The notes: generated from the sequence alone by a model not told the origin. Numbered from the stretch's first letter, positions 46,253 through 56,796 are shown. The stretch: 64,000 nt of DNA from Dehalococcoidia bacterium (GCA_965197585.1 OZ240215.1:1088001-1152000); one strand, 5' to 3'. Numbers and translations are program-made.

Positions 46253-47077
46253 TTGAAGAGTCCAAACATCGATAAGAAGGCGGAGAAAGGCAAGGCGGCG
46301 CGTATGATGGGCGCCGCCGAAAGTCATGTTCAGGGCAAGGTGCTTGCCGGTCTTCTGCAGCTTGTCCCCCTGCTGGTGACCGCAATAGTCATTCTATTCA
46401 TTGTCGGTAAGACGGATAGTTACGTCCGTGACCTGCCGTTCGTAAAAGGAGAGCCTTGGGATGTACCGGGCATCGGCTTAGCGGCCTTCGTCGTTGCGTT
46501 ATATGTAATAGGGTTACTGATCTCCTTCCGGCTCGGCAAGTGGGTTATCTCCCTCATCGGCGTCGTCCTTCTACGCGTTCCCGTGATCAAGGTCATCTAC
46601 AGGCTCATGCTGCAGGTCACCAATGTAGTGGCTTCAGATTACGGTTTTAGTAGGGTCGTATTCATAGAATGGCCCAGGGACGGTATGGTAGCCTTGGGAT
46701 TCGTTACAGGCCGAGTCCAGTCCAAGGACTGCGAGCATTCCCTGGTTACTGTCTATATTCCCACCATACCAAATCCCACATCCGGCAACATGGCCTTTGT
46801 TAACGAGGATGACGTTATGGAGACCGACATCTCCGTCGACGCTGCCATGAAGCTCGTTTTCTCCGGGGGTTTCGTACTGCCGGACACTCTTGCTATTGCA
46901 CGCGGACCCAGAACTGACACCGACGCCAACGCCGATTTTCTGGGTGCTTTTGAAGCAGATAACAGCGTAAGGGACGGCGAGAACCAACAGCAAGATTCCT
47001 CATCTAAAGGCGAGTCTGGCGCTCCTGCTATAGGAGGCCTGATGCCCAAAGAACCCGAAGAGGGGAGGTCTTCCTGA
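46253..47077 (+). CDS. DUF502 family membrane protein
   Basis: AGLL..VPL, RVPVIK.IY, VVFIEWPR, VYIPTIPNPTSG, SGG. Confidence 0.85.
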   Translation: MKSPNIDKKAEKGKAARMMGAAESHVQGKVLAGLLQLVPLLVTAIVILFIVGKTDSYVRDLPFVKGEPWDVPGIGLAAFVVALYVIGLLISFRLGKWVISLIGVVLLRVPVIKVIYRLMLQVTNVVASDYGFSRVVFIEWPRDGMVALGFVTGRVQSKDCEHSLVTVYIPTIPNPTSGNMAFVNEDDVMETDISVDAAMKLVFSGGFVLPDTLAIARGPRTDTDANADFLGAFEADNSVRDGENQQQDSSSKGESGAPAIGGLMPKEPEEGRSS

Positions 47078-47184
47078 CAAGCGCCACGCTTTGGGCTCCT
47101 TGAAAGGATGCAAAGTCTCGGCGCCACTTTGGGCAAGAAGGGCCTGCCCCCCGGATTAAGAAATGCCCTGCACGTGCTATAGGG

Positions 47185-49362
47185 TTAAGATGTAACCCCC
47201 GAAGCCGTTGCCTCTTCCACTATCTCTGTTGGGCGTTCCAGGGGCAGGGCCACAATCATCGTAGTGCCTTCCCCTGGCTCGGTTTCCACCCGTATCACCC
47301 CGCCGTGCCGCCGCACGATGTCGTTTGATATAGCCAGTCCAAGCCCCGTGCCCTGGTCCGTGGGCTTGGTAGTGAAGAATGGGTTGAATATCTTCTCTAC
47401 CACGTCGGGGGGCATGCCCGTGCCGTTGTCCCGGATCCGAATTTCCACCCCATCCTCTTTTCGTATAGTAGACATCCACAAAGTCGGTTCGAAAGGTACT
47501 CCTTCCGCCATGGAAGCGCGGCGCCTCTGATCGGTAGCATAGCAGGCGTTGCTGACTATGTTGAGGAAGACACGACCTAGTTGCTGGGGGACAACCTCTA
47601 GTTTCCCAACATCGGGGTTCAAGTCCCATTGGAGGTCTACCTGGAACTCCTGGTTCGTGGCCCTGGTGCTGTGATAGGCCAGCCGAGCATGCTGGTCCAC
47701 CAGTCCGTTGATGTCTGATTCCTGCCAGTCTCCCGAGTCTCTTCCCATCCTCAGCATATCGTGGACTATGCGGTTGGCCCGCTCCCCATGTGAGCGTATA
47801 CGTACGACATTGTTTGTCAGGTCATCAGTGATCTCATTCACCAGGCCCCGCTGTTCGTCGGGTAATACCACTCCCTCTTCCTCTAGTATCTCCCGCAACT
47901 CTTCGATCAGCTCTCCCGACGCCTCGGAGAAGTTGTTGACGAAGTTCAACGGATTGCGTATCTCATGAGCGACCCCCGCCGTTAGCTCACCGAGAGCGGC
48001 CAGCTTCTCCCGCATCACTATCTGGTCCTGTGCCTTCCGAAGCTCCGCCAGAACGCTCTCCAACTGCCCATTCTTGTCCTGAAGCTCACCCGCTAGCTTC
48101 TCCACCTCGTTAAGCCGTAACGCTTCCAGAGCGTGACGGCGGAACACTTCAAGCGCAGCGGCCATGTCCGCAACCTCATCCTTGCCGCTCATCTCGACTC
48201 GGGCCTCCAGGTCCCCCCCGGCCATTCGGCGCATCCATTCGGAAAGCATCCCCAGCCGCCGCAGCAGCACCCTGCCGATGAACAGCCAGATAATTAGCGT
48301 CGCACCAATAATGCTTAAACCACTAATTACCAGCAGCAGCGTACGTCCTGTGAATATCGCCTGGGTTGACGCCTGTGTCGCAACTGCCGCACTTGTCTCT
48401 GCCGCGCTTACCAGTCCATCAACCTCCTCCACCAGGTCTACTGAAATGTCCCGGTTTAACGCAAGCAATTCCCCTTGCTGCTCCACTATCTGCAGCTCTC
48501 TGGCAAACACGTTGAAAATACTGTCTTCACCTGTCCCCAACTCAAACAACCTGGTGTAAATCGGCGCCGCCTCTTCGTAGAAACCAAGGGTCCTCTGCGC
48601 ATCTAGGTTCCGGTCGATCCTTTCCACCGCCGCCTCGAACCGTTCCCTCAACGGCTCTATAAAAGATTCATCCGAAAGTGTGAATGCGTTGGCCAGAAGT
48701 TCGGTGGCGATGTTGGTGTCGGCCTGCATCTCCGTAAGCCTTCGATAGCGGACGACCTGTTGCTCCGACAAGTGGGCCGGACGGGATACAGCACTGCCCT
48801 CGACGGTAACGTGCCCGGTGAGGACATAGAAGAGTTGATCGTCTATGGCAGGGGCCAATAGGGCGTCCAACTGGCTCCGCAGATCTGCGAGCTCAGCCTG
48901 CAAGCTCAATCTGTTTTCAGTTAGCTGGAACACCTCCGCCATGCTGAACTTTAGGTCATTGATATTGGTGATCAGTGTCTCTGCGTGAGTCAGGATCTCC
49001 TCTACCCGCTCCCTTCCTGCACTTTCGCTCTCTTCAAGAACGGCGATCTGCTCTTCGAATGATAGAAAAGCGTGATCAATGTTCCCCGCCACAAGGGCCA
49101 GTTCCAGTGGATTAGCGGCTGTAGTAAGGCTGGGCGCTGCGGCCACTAGAGTACTGCCGTACTGTGCCACTTCAAACGCAGCGGCCAATTCCGGCACACT
49201 TCCTTCGTTCACCCTGCTTTGCACTTCCCCTACCCGGTTGAACGAAAACCATCCGACCAAACTGGCTGCGATAGTCATGACCACAGCGCCGCCAACCGCG
49301 AGGTACAGCTGCGTGGATATCCTTGATCGCCTGGCCAGTATCCGCTTTAGTTGCTCGACCAT
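47185..49362 (-). CDS. Sensor histidine kinase (helical TorS-like sensor, HAMP, HisKA, HATPase)
   Basis: Two TM helices, HAMP, AGVAHEIRNPL, DNGTG, FFTTKP..GTGLGL. Confidence 0.92.
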   Translation of the reverse strand: MVEQLKRILARRSRISTQLYLAVGGAVVMTIAASLVGWFSFNRVGEVQSRVNEGSVPELAAAFEVAQYGSTLVAAAPSLTTAANPLELALVAGNIDHAFLSFEEQIAVLEESESAGRERVEEILTHAETLITNINDLKFSMAEVFQLTENRLSLQAELADLRSQLDALLAPAIDDQLFYVLTGHVTVEGSAVSRPAHLSEQQVVRYRRLTEMQADTNIATELLANAFTLSDESFIEPLRERFEAAVERIDRNLDAQRTLGFYEEAAPIYTRLFELGTGEDSIFNVFARELQIVEQQGELLALNRDISVDLVEEVDGLVSAAETSAAVATQASTQAIFTGRTLLLVISGLSIIGATLIIWLFIGRVLLRRLGMLSEWMRRMAGGDLEARVEMSGKDEVADMAAALEVFRRHALEALRLNEVEKLAGELQDKNGQLESVLAELRKAQDQIVMREKLAALGELTAGVAHEIRNPLNFVNNFSEASGELIEELREILEEEGVVLPDEQRGLVNEITDDLTNNVVRIRSHGERANRIVHDMLRMGRDSGDWQESDINGLVDQHARLAYHSTRATNQEFQVDLQWDLNPDVGKLEVVPQQLGRVFLNIVSNACYATDQRRRASMAEGVPFEPTLWMSTIRKEDGVEIRIRDNGTGMPPDVVEKIFNPFFTTKPTDQGTGLGLAISNDIVRRHGGVIRVETEPGEGTTMIVALPLERPTEIVEEATASGVTS

Positions 49363-50606
49363 GCCTCCGCCTCTTGCAAGTTGTCGACGGCATGGTACGC
49401 ACCGTCGTTACCTATAACCGTAAGAAACACTTTGTCCGATCCCTGGTTGTCACCTTCCCCAAACTGCAACTCAAACCCTCCGATGTCGATCTGGCTGGAG
49501 CCCAAGATGCTATGCATAAAACATTCTCGGTTTACGTCTCGCCCACACTTTTCCAGCCCGGCTATTGCCATTCGGCCTGCCAGGTATCCTTCAAGGGAGA
49601 CGAATCCCGGCGTCGTCTCCGGGGCATGTGCCCCAAGAGCCTCCTGGTAGGCCTCTACCACCGGGAGAGAATCGTCCCAGGGGAACGGCACCACTTGCGT
49701 CACAATCACCCCCGCGCCATTGATTCCCAGCTCTTCCCTCAGCGCATTGCTCCCGACGAACGATACGTTCAGGAATATCGAGTCGAAGCCTAGGCGTCGG
49801 GCCCAGATTATCAGCTCCGCACATGGCTCGTAGGCCCCAATCATGATCACGGCCTCGGGCTCCCCTTCCATCAGGTCGAGCAGTGCAGTTTTTACCGCTG
49901 TCGTGTTGCGCTGGTACAGTCCCACCGCAACGGGTTCCATGCCGTGAGGTTCAAGCGCGGCAACCACCCCCCGGTATCCGCTTCGACCATAGGAATCGTC
50001 CTGGTACATTACGCCGATCCTGGTGATGTCCAAGTCCTCCATTAGCCGAGCCACCATCTCCGCCGTCTCCTGCTGGTAAGACGAGCGCAAGTTGATGATA
50101 TTGTCCCAGCTCGGGTCTCGCAGGAATCCTGCGCCCGTAAACGGGCCTATGAAGGGCACGTTGGACGCGGCCGCTACCGGTGTAGCTGAGCGGGACGTGG
50201 GTGTGCCCACTTCCCCTATCAAGGCAAAGACCTCGTCTTCATCTATTAGACGGTGGGTGTTGGCTATGGAAGCCTCGGGTTCGTAGGAGTCGTTATAGGA
50301 TACGAGTTCGAGGCGCCGCCCGTGGACTCCCCCGTTCGCATTCGCCTCGGCAAATGCAACTTCAATGCCCAGCCGCATATTCTTGCCCAGTTCTTGCGCG
50401 GGCCCCTCAAACGCTGCCGACTGCCCAAAAAGCACCCTATCGTCCGATACTCCATGATTATCGGGCGTTGCCGGCACGGCGGTTGCCCTGGGTGTGGGGA
50501 GGGGCGTGCCCTCCGGTCCGTTGCAGCCCGAGACTACCAGTAAGGCCAGGACGCTCACCAGAAAAAACGCCAGGAGCATTGGGATTACGGGACGGGTGCC
50601 TCTCAT
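49347..50606 (-). CDS. Type I periplasmic-binding (LivK-like) lipoprotein
   Basis: Lipobox VSGC, GQSAAFEGP, GGVHGRR, YEP, GTPTS. Confidence 0.88.
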   Translation of the reverse strand: MRGTRPVIPMLLAFFLVSVLALLVVSGCNGPEGTPLPTPRATAVPATPDNHGVSDDRVLFGQSAAFEGPAQELGKNMRLGIEVAFAEANANGGVHGRRLELVSYNDSYEPEASIANTHRLIDEDEVFALIGEVGTPTSRSATPVAAASNVPFIGPFTGAGFLRDPSWDNIINLRSSYQQETAEMVARLMEDLDITRIGVMYQDDSYGRSGYRGVVAALEPHGMEPVAVGLYQRNTTAVKTALLDLMEGEPEAVIMIGAYEPCAELIIWARRLGFDSIFLNVSFVGSNALREELGINGAGVIVTQVVPFPWDDSLPVVEAYQEALGAHAPETTPGFVSLEGYLAGRMAIAGLEKCGRDVNRECFMHSILGSSQIDIGGFELQFGEGDNQGSDKVFLTVIGNDGAYHAVDNLQEAEAWSSN

Positions 50607-50654
50607 CAGAGTCTAAAGCCCTCCGATCCCTGCGTTACACAGGATCAGTTGCCT

Positions 50655-51830
50655 CTAAACGGCGTAACAGCCCAGGGTGAGACATGTGATGTCATCGTGC
50701 TGGGGTGCATTCTCAGCAAAGTGGTTCACGGCTTTGACTACCTCTATCCCAACCTCTGCCGCGTCTCTAGGCGTAGTGTTTGCGAATATCCGCTGTACCC
50801 GTTTGATTCCCAGTTGCACGCCTTCGCTGTTCATTGCCTCGGTTACTCCGTCAGTGTAAAGCACTAACGTATCACCCGAAGATAGATATACGGTCTCCTG
50901 CCGGTACTCAAAATCCGCAAGGACGCCCAGAGCTAGGCCCCCTGTAAGGGGAAGAAGGGAGGAGGTACCGTCGCTGTGGAGCAGTAGAGGCGGATCGTGG
51001 CCGCCGCTTGCATAGGTCAAGGCGCGGGTGTCGGGGTTGTACACCGCATAAAGCATCGTAACAAACATTTCGGCGCTGTTGTCCTCGTGGAGCAGGTTGT
51101 TTACTTCGGAAAGCACCGCCCCTGGCCCGTCCATTCCAATAGCCGCGCCCTTCAGCAGTGTACGGCTCGACATCATGAACAATGCAGCCGGCACCCCCTT
51201 GCCCGACACATCGGCTATGGCCAGACCTATCTGTCCATTCTGCAGCCGTATAACGTCATAGAAGTCTCCTCCCACGTTCCGGGCCGGTTGCATGGTCCCG
51301 AATACTTTGTACGTGTCACTGATAGGAAATGCAGTGGGCAGAATGGACTGTTGCATGGTGCTTGCGACGTTTAGCTCGTTCTGAAGGACCACCAGCTTGT
51401 CGCGCGCATTGAGGGCGTCTCGCAGCTCCTCTATGTGCTGCAAAGTCCTGTCTATTGTGAAGCGGAGATCGTCGAAGTCAACCGGCTTGGTCACGAAGTC
51501 GAACGCACCCCTGTTCATGGCCGTCCGGATATTCTTCATGTCGCCGTATGCCGAAATGATCACCGACCGCAGATTTGGGCTTACCTTAGGTATCTGCTCC
51601 AGTAGTGAAAGCCCGTCCATTCTCGGCATGTTGATGTCCGACAGGACCATGTCGATCTCTTCGTCTGCCTCTAGCATCTCCAGGGCCTCGACTCCGTCCC
51701 CAGCGAAGCAAAACTGATAGCGCCCCGACCGGATATCGCGCCGCATCCGCTGAAGCATGAGGGGTTCCAGGTCAGGCTCGTCGTCGACCACCAGGATTTT
51801 GTAAGGCTTAAGCCTGTCTGCCGTTGTCAT
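50655..51830 (-). CDS. Receiver domain-PP2C (SpoIIE/RsbU-like) phosphatase
   Basis: LVVDDE..SDINMPRMDG..FVTKP receiver; GGDFYD, ADVSGKG, YTDGVTEA, DDIT phosphatase. Confidence 0.92.
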   Translation of the reverse strand: MTTADRLKPYKILVVDDEPDLEPLMLQRMRRDIRSGRYQFCFAGDGVEALEMLEADEEIDMVLSDINMPRMDGLSLLEQIPKVSPNLRSVIISAYGDMKNIRTAMNRGAFDFVTKPVDFDDLRFTIDRTLQHIEELRDALNARDKLVVLQNELNVASTMQQSILPTAFPISDTYKVFGTMQPARNVGGDFYDVIRLQNGQIGLAIADVSGKGVPAALFMMSSRTLLKGAAIGMDGPGAVLSEVNNLLHEDNSAEMFVTMLYAVYNPDTRALTYASGGHDPPLLLHSDGTSSLLPLTGGLALGVLADFEYRQETVYLSSGDTLVLYTDGVTEAMNSEGVQLGIKRVQRIFANTTPRDAAEVGIEVVKAVNHFAENAPQHDDITCLTLGCYAV

Positions 51831-52162
51831 CTGTGCCTTTTATATCCGTCTTGGCATAGGGGCTATCGGGCGCAAACCACCAGCATTGAAGAAAATGGTA
51901 GGTTAAGCTGGCAGAGACATTGTGCCCAGTTAACATTGTCCACGCGGTCATTGCACCTCGTAAGTAGTGGGTTTCGCTCTTCCTTTCGGCGCTGACTATC
52001 GCGTGCCGAGACAGTCTACAACATGGTAGCTACGTGCGACAATCTATTGCACTTGTTTAATACTTTTGTTTTGTTCCAGTTGCACCCAATGTCCCGACCG
52101 ACTAAAGTTGGCCTAACTCTATCTGTCTGGCCCTCCCCACCATTCCTGAAAGGGGCAAACCA

Positions 52163-53710
52163 ATGAGATACGACCATATAATTGTTGGCGCAGGATCGGC
52201 AGGCGCTGCCCTCGCCGCCCGACTCACCGAAGACCCCGACCGCTCCGTTCTCCTCCTCGAAGCTGGCGGCGACTACCCCGAGTTCGAGCGCATTCCCGAG
52301 GAGGTCAGACTGGCCTACGGCAGCAAGGTGCCCATCTGGGACAGCGACCACATCTGGAATTTCAGCGCCCGTGCCACCGACCTTGCACGCATAGACATTC
52401 CCCGCGGCAAGATCACTGGCGGCTCCAGCGGAGTCAACGGCGCCCAGTTCCTCAGGGGTGTCCGGGAGGACTACGACCGATGGGCTGAGTGGGGCAACGA
52501 AGAATGGTCCTTCGAAAACGTGTTCCCCTACTTCAAGCGCATGGAGGCCGATCAGGATTTCCGTGACGAGTTCCACGGCAACGACGGCCCAATAATGGCC
52601 CGCCGCTACCCCGAGGACGAGTGGCCGCCCCACGCCCATGCCTTCTACCAGGCCTGCCGTGACGCCGGCTTTCCAGACTGCCCCGACCACAACCGCACAG
52701 ACTCCACGGGCGTCGGTCCCCTGACCTTTAACATCATCGATGGCGTGAGGATGAGTACTGCCATCGGCTATCTGAATCCTACCCGGCACCGCCTCAATCT
52801 GACTGTCAGACCCCAGTGTCATGTCCACGGCATCATCTTCGATGGCAACCGGGCAGCCGGTTTGCTTGTCATAAGCGGTCGAGAGATGTTCTCAGTATAT
52901 GGAGACGAAATCATCCTCTGCGCCGGAGCCGTGGGCACCCCACACATCCTGCTGCTCTCGGGCATTGGACCTGGAGACCAGTTAAGGAATCTAGGCATTC
53001 CGGTGGTCCAGGACTTGCCGGGCGTTGGCCGAAACCTTAGAGACCACCCGGATGTGCCCCTGTGCTGGTACACGAAGGAGGATTACCCTCTGAACATCGA
53101 TCAGGTCACCTCCGGCACGGTGACCCTGAGGCACACGGCCCCGGGATCGCCCTTCGTGAACGACATGATCCTGTACGTCGGCAACTATTTGGCAGCGAGA
53201 CCCTTCAGGGGCCTGGACGAGAAGGCCCCCGTCGGCGTCGGAGTCAGCCAATGCCTCTACCTGGCCTTGAGCGAGGGCGAGCTCAGGCTCCAGTCCACCG
53301 ACCCGCGCCAGCAGCCCATCCTCGACTACAACCTCCTCGACGACCCATTCGACCTGAAGCGCATGCGAGACGGCCTTAGGCTCTGCAATGAGCTATTCAG
53401 CCACGACGCATTCAGTGACATCGTCGAGAGCCGTACCACCCCTTCGGACGAAGTCTTGGATTCCGACACTCTCCTGGATGAGTGGATGAAGACCGAGGTT
53501 GTAACGGCCCACCACATCTCCAGCACCTGCAAAATGGGCCCTTCCAGCGATCCCCTCGCCGTCTGCGACCAGTACGGCAAGGTCTACGGCGTCGATGGCC
53601 TCCGCATTGTGGACGCCTCCATCATGCCCGACACCGTACGCGCCAACCTCAACGTCACCGTCATTACAATGGGCGAAAAGGTCGCCGACTTCATAAAACA
53701 GGGCCGCTAA
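52163..53710 (+). CDS. GMC oxidoreductase (choline dehydrogenase/MftG-like), copy 1
   Basis: IIVGAGSAG, LLEAG, RGKITGGSS, LLSGIG, HISSTCKMG, VDASIMP. Confidence 0.92.
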   Translation: MRYDHIIVGAGSAGAALAARLTEDPDRSVLLLEAGGDYPEFERIPEEVRLAYGSKVPIWDSDHIWNFSARATDLARIDIPRGKITGGSSGVNGAQFLRGVREDYDRWAEWGNEEWSFENVFPYFKRMEADQDFRDEFHGNDGPIMARRYPEDEWPPHAHAFYQACRDAGFPDCPDHNRTDSTGVGPLTFNIIDGVRMSTAIGYLNPTRHRLNLTVRPQCHVHGIIFDGNRAAGLLVISGREMFSVYGDEIILCAGAVGTPHILLLSGIGPGDQLRNLGIPVVQDLPGVGRNLRDHPDVPLCWYTKEDYPLNIDQVTSGTVTLRHTAPGSPFVNDMILYVGNYLAARPFRGLDEKAPVGVGVSQCLYLALSEGELRLQSTDPRQQPILDYNLLDDPFDLKRMRDGLRLCNELFSHDAFSDIVESRTTPSDEVLDSDTLLDEWMKTEVVTAHHISSTCKMGPSSDPLAVCDQYGKVYGVDGLRIVDASIMPDTVRANLNVTVITMGEKVADFIKQGR

Positions 53711-53856
53711 GCCCATCTATTCGACGGATCTCGTTTACCCTGTCATTCCGAGGCTCCGCGGGGAATCTAAGGCGTATATCGCACCTCTCTACTCCTGTCC
53801 TTCGCCAACGAGGACTGAAGAACTGGGGACGCCACCCCTCAAGAAAGGACCACACC

Positions 53857-55401
53857 ATGAAATACGACCACATCATAGTAGGCGCAGGCTCCGCCGGAGC
53901 AACCCTCGCCGCCCGACTCACCGAAGACCCCGACCGCTCCGTCCTCCTCCTCGAAGCCGGCAGCGACTTCCCGGAATTCGAGCGTATTCCCGAAGAGGTT
54001 AGGCTGGCCTACGGCGGCAGGACTATTTACGACTCCGAGCACATCTGGAACTTCAGCGCTCGCGCAACCTCCAAGGCCCACATGGACATCCCGCGCGGCA
54101 AGATCACCGGCGGGTCCAGTTCCGTCAACGACGCCCAGTTCCTCCGCGGCGTCCGCGAGGACTACGACCGATGGGCGGAATGGGGCAACGACCAATGGTC
54201 TTTCGACAACGTCTTCCCCTATTTCAAACGCATGGAAGCCGACCAGGACTTCCGGGACGAATTCCACGGCAATGACGGCCCCATCATGTGCCGCCGTCAT
54301 CCCGAGGATGAGTGGCCGCCCCACCAGCGCGCCTTTTACCAGGCTGCCCGAGACAAGGGCTTCCCCCACTGCACCGACCATAACCGTACCGACAGCACGG
54401 GTGTCGGGCCCCTTACATTCAACATCATAGACCGCGTCCGGATGAGCACCGCCATCGGCTATCTGAACCCTGCCCGTCACCGACTCAACCTCACCATCCG
54501 ACCTAATTGCCTCGTTCATGGCATCCTATTCGATGGCAACCGGGCTGCCGGTTTGCTTGTCATAAGCGGCAAAGAGATGTTCTCCGTCTACGCCGATGAG
54601 ATCATTCTCTGCGGTGGGGCCGTCGGCACTCCCCACATCCTCCTCCTCTCCGGCGTCGGCCCCGCCGACCAACTCAACGCTTTCAACATTCCCGTTGTCC
54701 AGGACTTGCCGGGGGTCGGGCACAACCTCCGCGACCACCCTTACGTTCCATTGTGTTACCTGACCAAGCCCGACTTCCCCCTGGACCTCCCCACCCCCGC
54801 CTCAGGCGCGGTCACCCTCCGCTACACCGCATCCGGCTCACCCTTCGTAAACGACATGATCATTTACATGGGGAACTACGCCGCCAGACGGCCTTCCAGG
54901 GGCCTTGATGACAAGGACCCTGTCGGTATTGGAGTTGGCCCCGCCCTCTACCTTGCCGTAAGCCAGGGCGAGCTCCGACTCCAGTCCACCAACCCCCGAC
55001 AGCAGCCTATCCTCGACTACAATCTCCTCGACGACCCCTTCGACCTTCAGCGTATGCGCGATTGCATCAGGCTCACCGACTCCCTTTTCCAACACTCCGC
55101 ATTCTCCGACATCGTCGACAGGCGCAACGCCCCCTCCGACGAGGTCCTCAATGACGACGAACTACTTGACGATTTCATGCTCCATGAGGTCATGACCGCT
55201 CACCACATCTCCAGCACCTGCAAGATGGGCCCGTCCAGCAATCCCCTCGCCGTCTGCGATCAGTACGGCAAAGTCTACGGCCTCGATGGCCTCCGCATCG
55301 TCGATGCCTCCATCATGCCCGACACCGTACGCGCCAACCTCAACGTCACCGTCATGACCATGGGCGAAAAAGTCGCAGACTTCATCAAACAAGGCAACTG
55401 A
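53857..55401 (+). CDS. GMC oxidoreductase, copy 2 (tandem paralog)
   Basis: Same motifs. AAAGGA RBS before ATG 53857; the longer ORF-track start at 53482 is spurious. Confidence 0.92.
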   Translation: MKYDHIIVGAGSAGATLAARLTEDPDRSVLLLEAGSDFPEFERIPEEVRLAYGGRTIYDSEHIWNFSARATSKAHMDIPRGKITGGSSSVNDAQFLRGVREDYDRWAEWGNDQWSFDNVFPYFKRMEADQDFRDEFHGNDGPIMCRRHPEDEWPPHQRAFYQAARDKGFPHCTDHNRTDSTGVGPLTFNIIDRVRMSTAIGYLNPARHRLNLTIRPNCLVHGILFDGNRAAGLLVISGKEMFSVYADEIILCGGAVGTPHILLLSGVGPADQLNAFNIPVVQDLPGVGHNLRDHPYVPLCYLTKPDFPLDLPTPASGAVTLRYTASGSPFVNDMIIYMGNYAARRPSRGLDDKDPVGIGVGPALYLAVSQGELRLQSTNPRQQPILDYNLLDDPFDLQRMRDCIRLTDSLFQHSAFSDIVDRRNAPSDEVLNDDELLDDFMLHEVMTAHHISSTCKMGPSSNPLAVCDQYGKVYGLDGLRIVDASIMPDTVRANLNVTVMTMGEKVADFIKQGN

Positions 55402-55550
55402 TCCCTCAACCCCACAAAATATAAGAAAGGGGGAGAGGGTTCCCTATCCCCTCCCCACAAATGGCATCATTTCGGGAATTAGTGAAATAGCATGTCACAG
55501 ACTGCCATTTCGTGCCTAGAGTGCCACGCGGACGCGGCGCAATTTTGGGA

Positions 55551-55571
55551 GAAGTTGTCCTGAAGTTGTCC
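55551..55571. repeat. Tandem direct repeat next to the excisionase gene
   Basis: GAAGTTGTCC-T-GAAGTTGTCC. Confidence 0.6.
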
Positions 55572-55574
55572 CGC

Positions 55575-55763
55575 TCAGTTGGCGAGATAGTGGTCAAGAC
55601 ACCACTTTGGAATAAGCACCCGGCCCCTCGACTTCTTCACCTTCAACTCCCCGGCCTGTATCAGCCGCCAAACATGCCGGTCACTCACTGTGAGGATAGT
55701 GGCGGCTTCCTGCACAGTGAACACGAAACGGGGCAATGGTTCAGTGACTTCACGCGGTTCCAT
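55575..55763 (-). CDS. Excisionase-like helix-turn-helix protein (HTH_17)
   Basis: FTVQEAATILTVSDRHVWRLIQAGEL..GRVLIP...LDHYL and GCGGGG RBS. Confidence 0.8.
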   Translation of the reverse strand: MEPREVTEPLPRFVFTVQEAATILTVSDRHVWRLIQAGELKVKKSRGRVLIPKWCLDHYLAN

Positions 55764-55939
55764 CCCCGCTATTCTCAGTGCCCGTTACGGGGTGGGCAAT
55801 GGCGTCCACCCACTCGGTTGTCTGAAGACAGCAAAAGGCATGCGCTGAAGCCAGTTGACAGGCAGCGCCCGGAAGGGCATCAGCATAGGATTTAGAGTTA
55901 TCCCGGTTAAGTGGGTCGAGACGGGCGCTTGCCTGGCTG

Positions 55940-56638
55940 CTAGGGTTGCTTACATCCTACCCGTGACATGCCTGGCGACGACGCAAGGTTCCATGTGAAT
56001 ATTTCCACCGGGAGTTCTTTTGCGTTTTCACTCAATATCTGGGCGATGGTCATTGTTGGACTGACACGTCCTTCAGATATGTTTGGAGGAAATGGTATTA
56101 GCCATAGCAGGGAGGCATAACCAGTTGTGTATTCTTGAGGGATACTTCCTGAATCCGTAGACAATGTTTCGCCTGTATGCGTGTTTATTGCTAGGTTCAT
56201 CACAACGCGGGGAATGCAGGGCCTTTGAATTTCATTGATGTCTATTCCCTCTTCGTACACAGCCGCAACTACATAATATTGATGGTCAGCAAGAGGCCGG
56301 TACTTATCGACCTTGCGTTTCACGCGGGCAACAGAACTGTCATCGCTATCAAGATATGTGACTTCTACAATGAATCGATAGGAACTTGGTAACTGAGGAG
56401 CCACTGTCCACTCGTAATCTGGGTGTCTGCCGGAGAAGTCGGGTTCTCGGTCCAAATTGCCAGAGCAATCGTCGAGTATTAGTCCCACATAGCCCTCTGC
56501 TATCGCTCCCTTCGGTTTTTCTGGCCTATAGAAATCTATGTGGTCTAGGCAGGCTTGGAATAAGGGTCCATGAATTGTCAGACGTTCTTCCATAAACACT
56601 CTGGGGGGTTCATTTCGTCCGGGGTGATGGATTCTCAC
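55940..56638 (-). CDS. Hypothetical protein, possible PD-(D/E)XK-like fold, low GC
   Basis: REPDFSGRHPDY..FIVEVT spacing. AT-richer than the flanks. Confidence 0.5.
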   Translation of the reverse strand: MRIHHPGRNEPPRVFMEERLTIHGPLFQACLDHIDFYRPEKPKGAIAEGYVGLILDDCSGNLDREPDFSGRHPDYEWTVAPQLPSSYRFIVEVTYLDSDDSSVARVKRKVDKYRPLADHQYYVVAAVYEEGIDINEIQRPCIPRVVMNLAINTHTGETLSTDSGSIPQEYTTGYASLLWLIPFPPNISEGRVSPTMTIAQILSENAKELPVEIFTWNLASSPGMSRVGCKQP

Positions 56639-56796
56639 ACGGGTCGCTAGGATTGTTGATATGGTGGTTTAGCCCTGACACGTCTCGGACACCAGACCCT
56701 CAGATTATAAGCGATTTCTCAATCTGAGCGGCTATCTGACGTTCCCGTGGTGTTGGCCGGAGTGGAATTATCATCGAAGGTGGTCGGGCACGAATA

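Noticed and set aside
53482-53856. N-terminal extension of the second GMC (639-aa ORF)
   Set aside because: It overlaps the first GMC in another frame and crosses a REP. The start with an RBS is 53857, matching copy 1.
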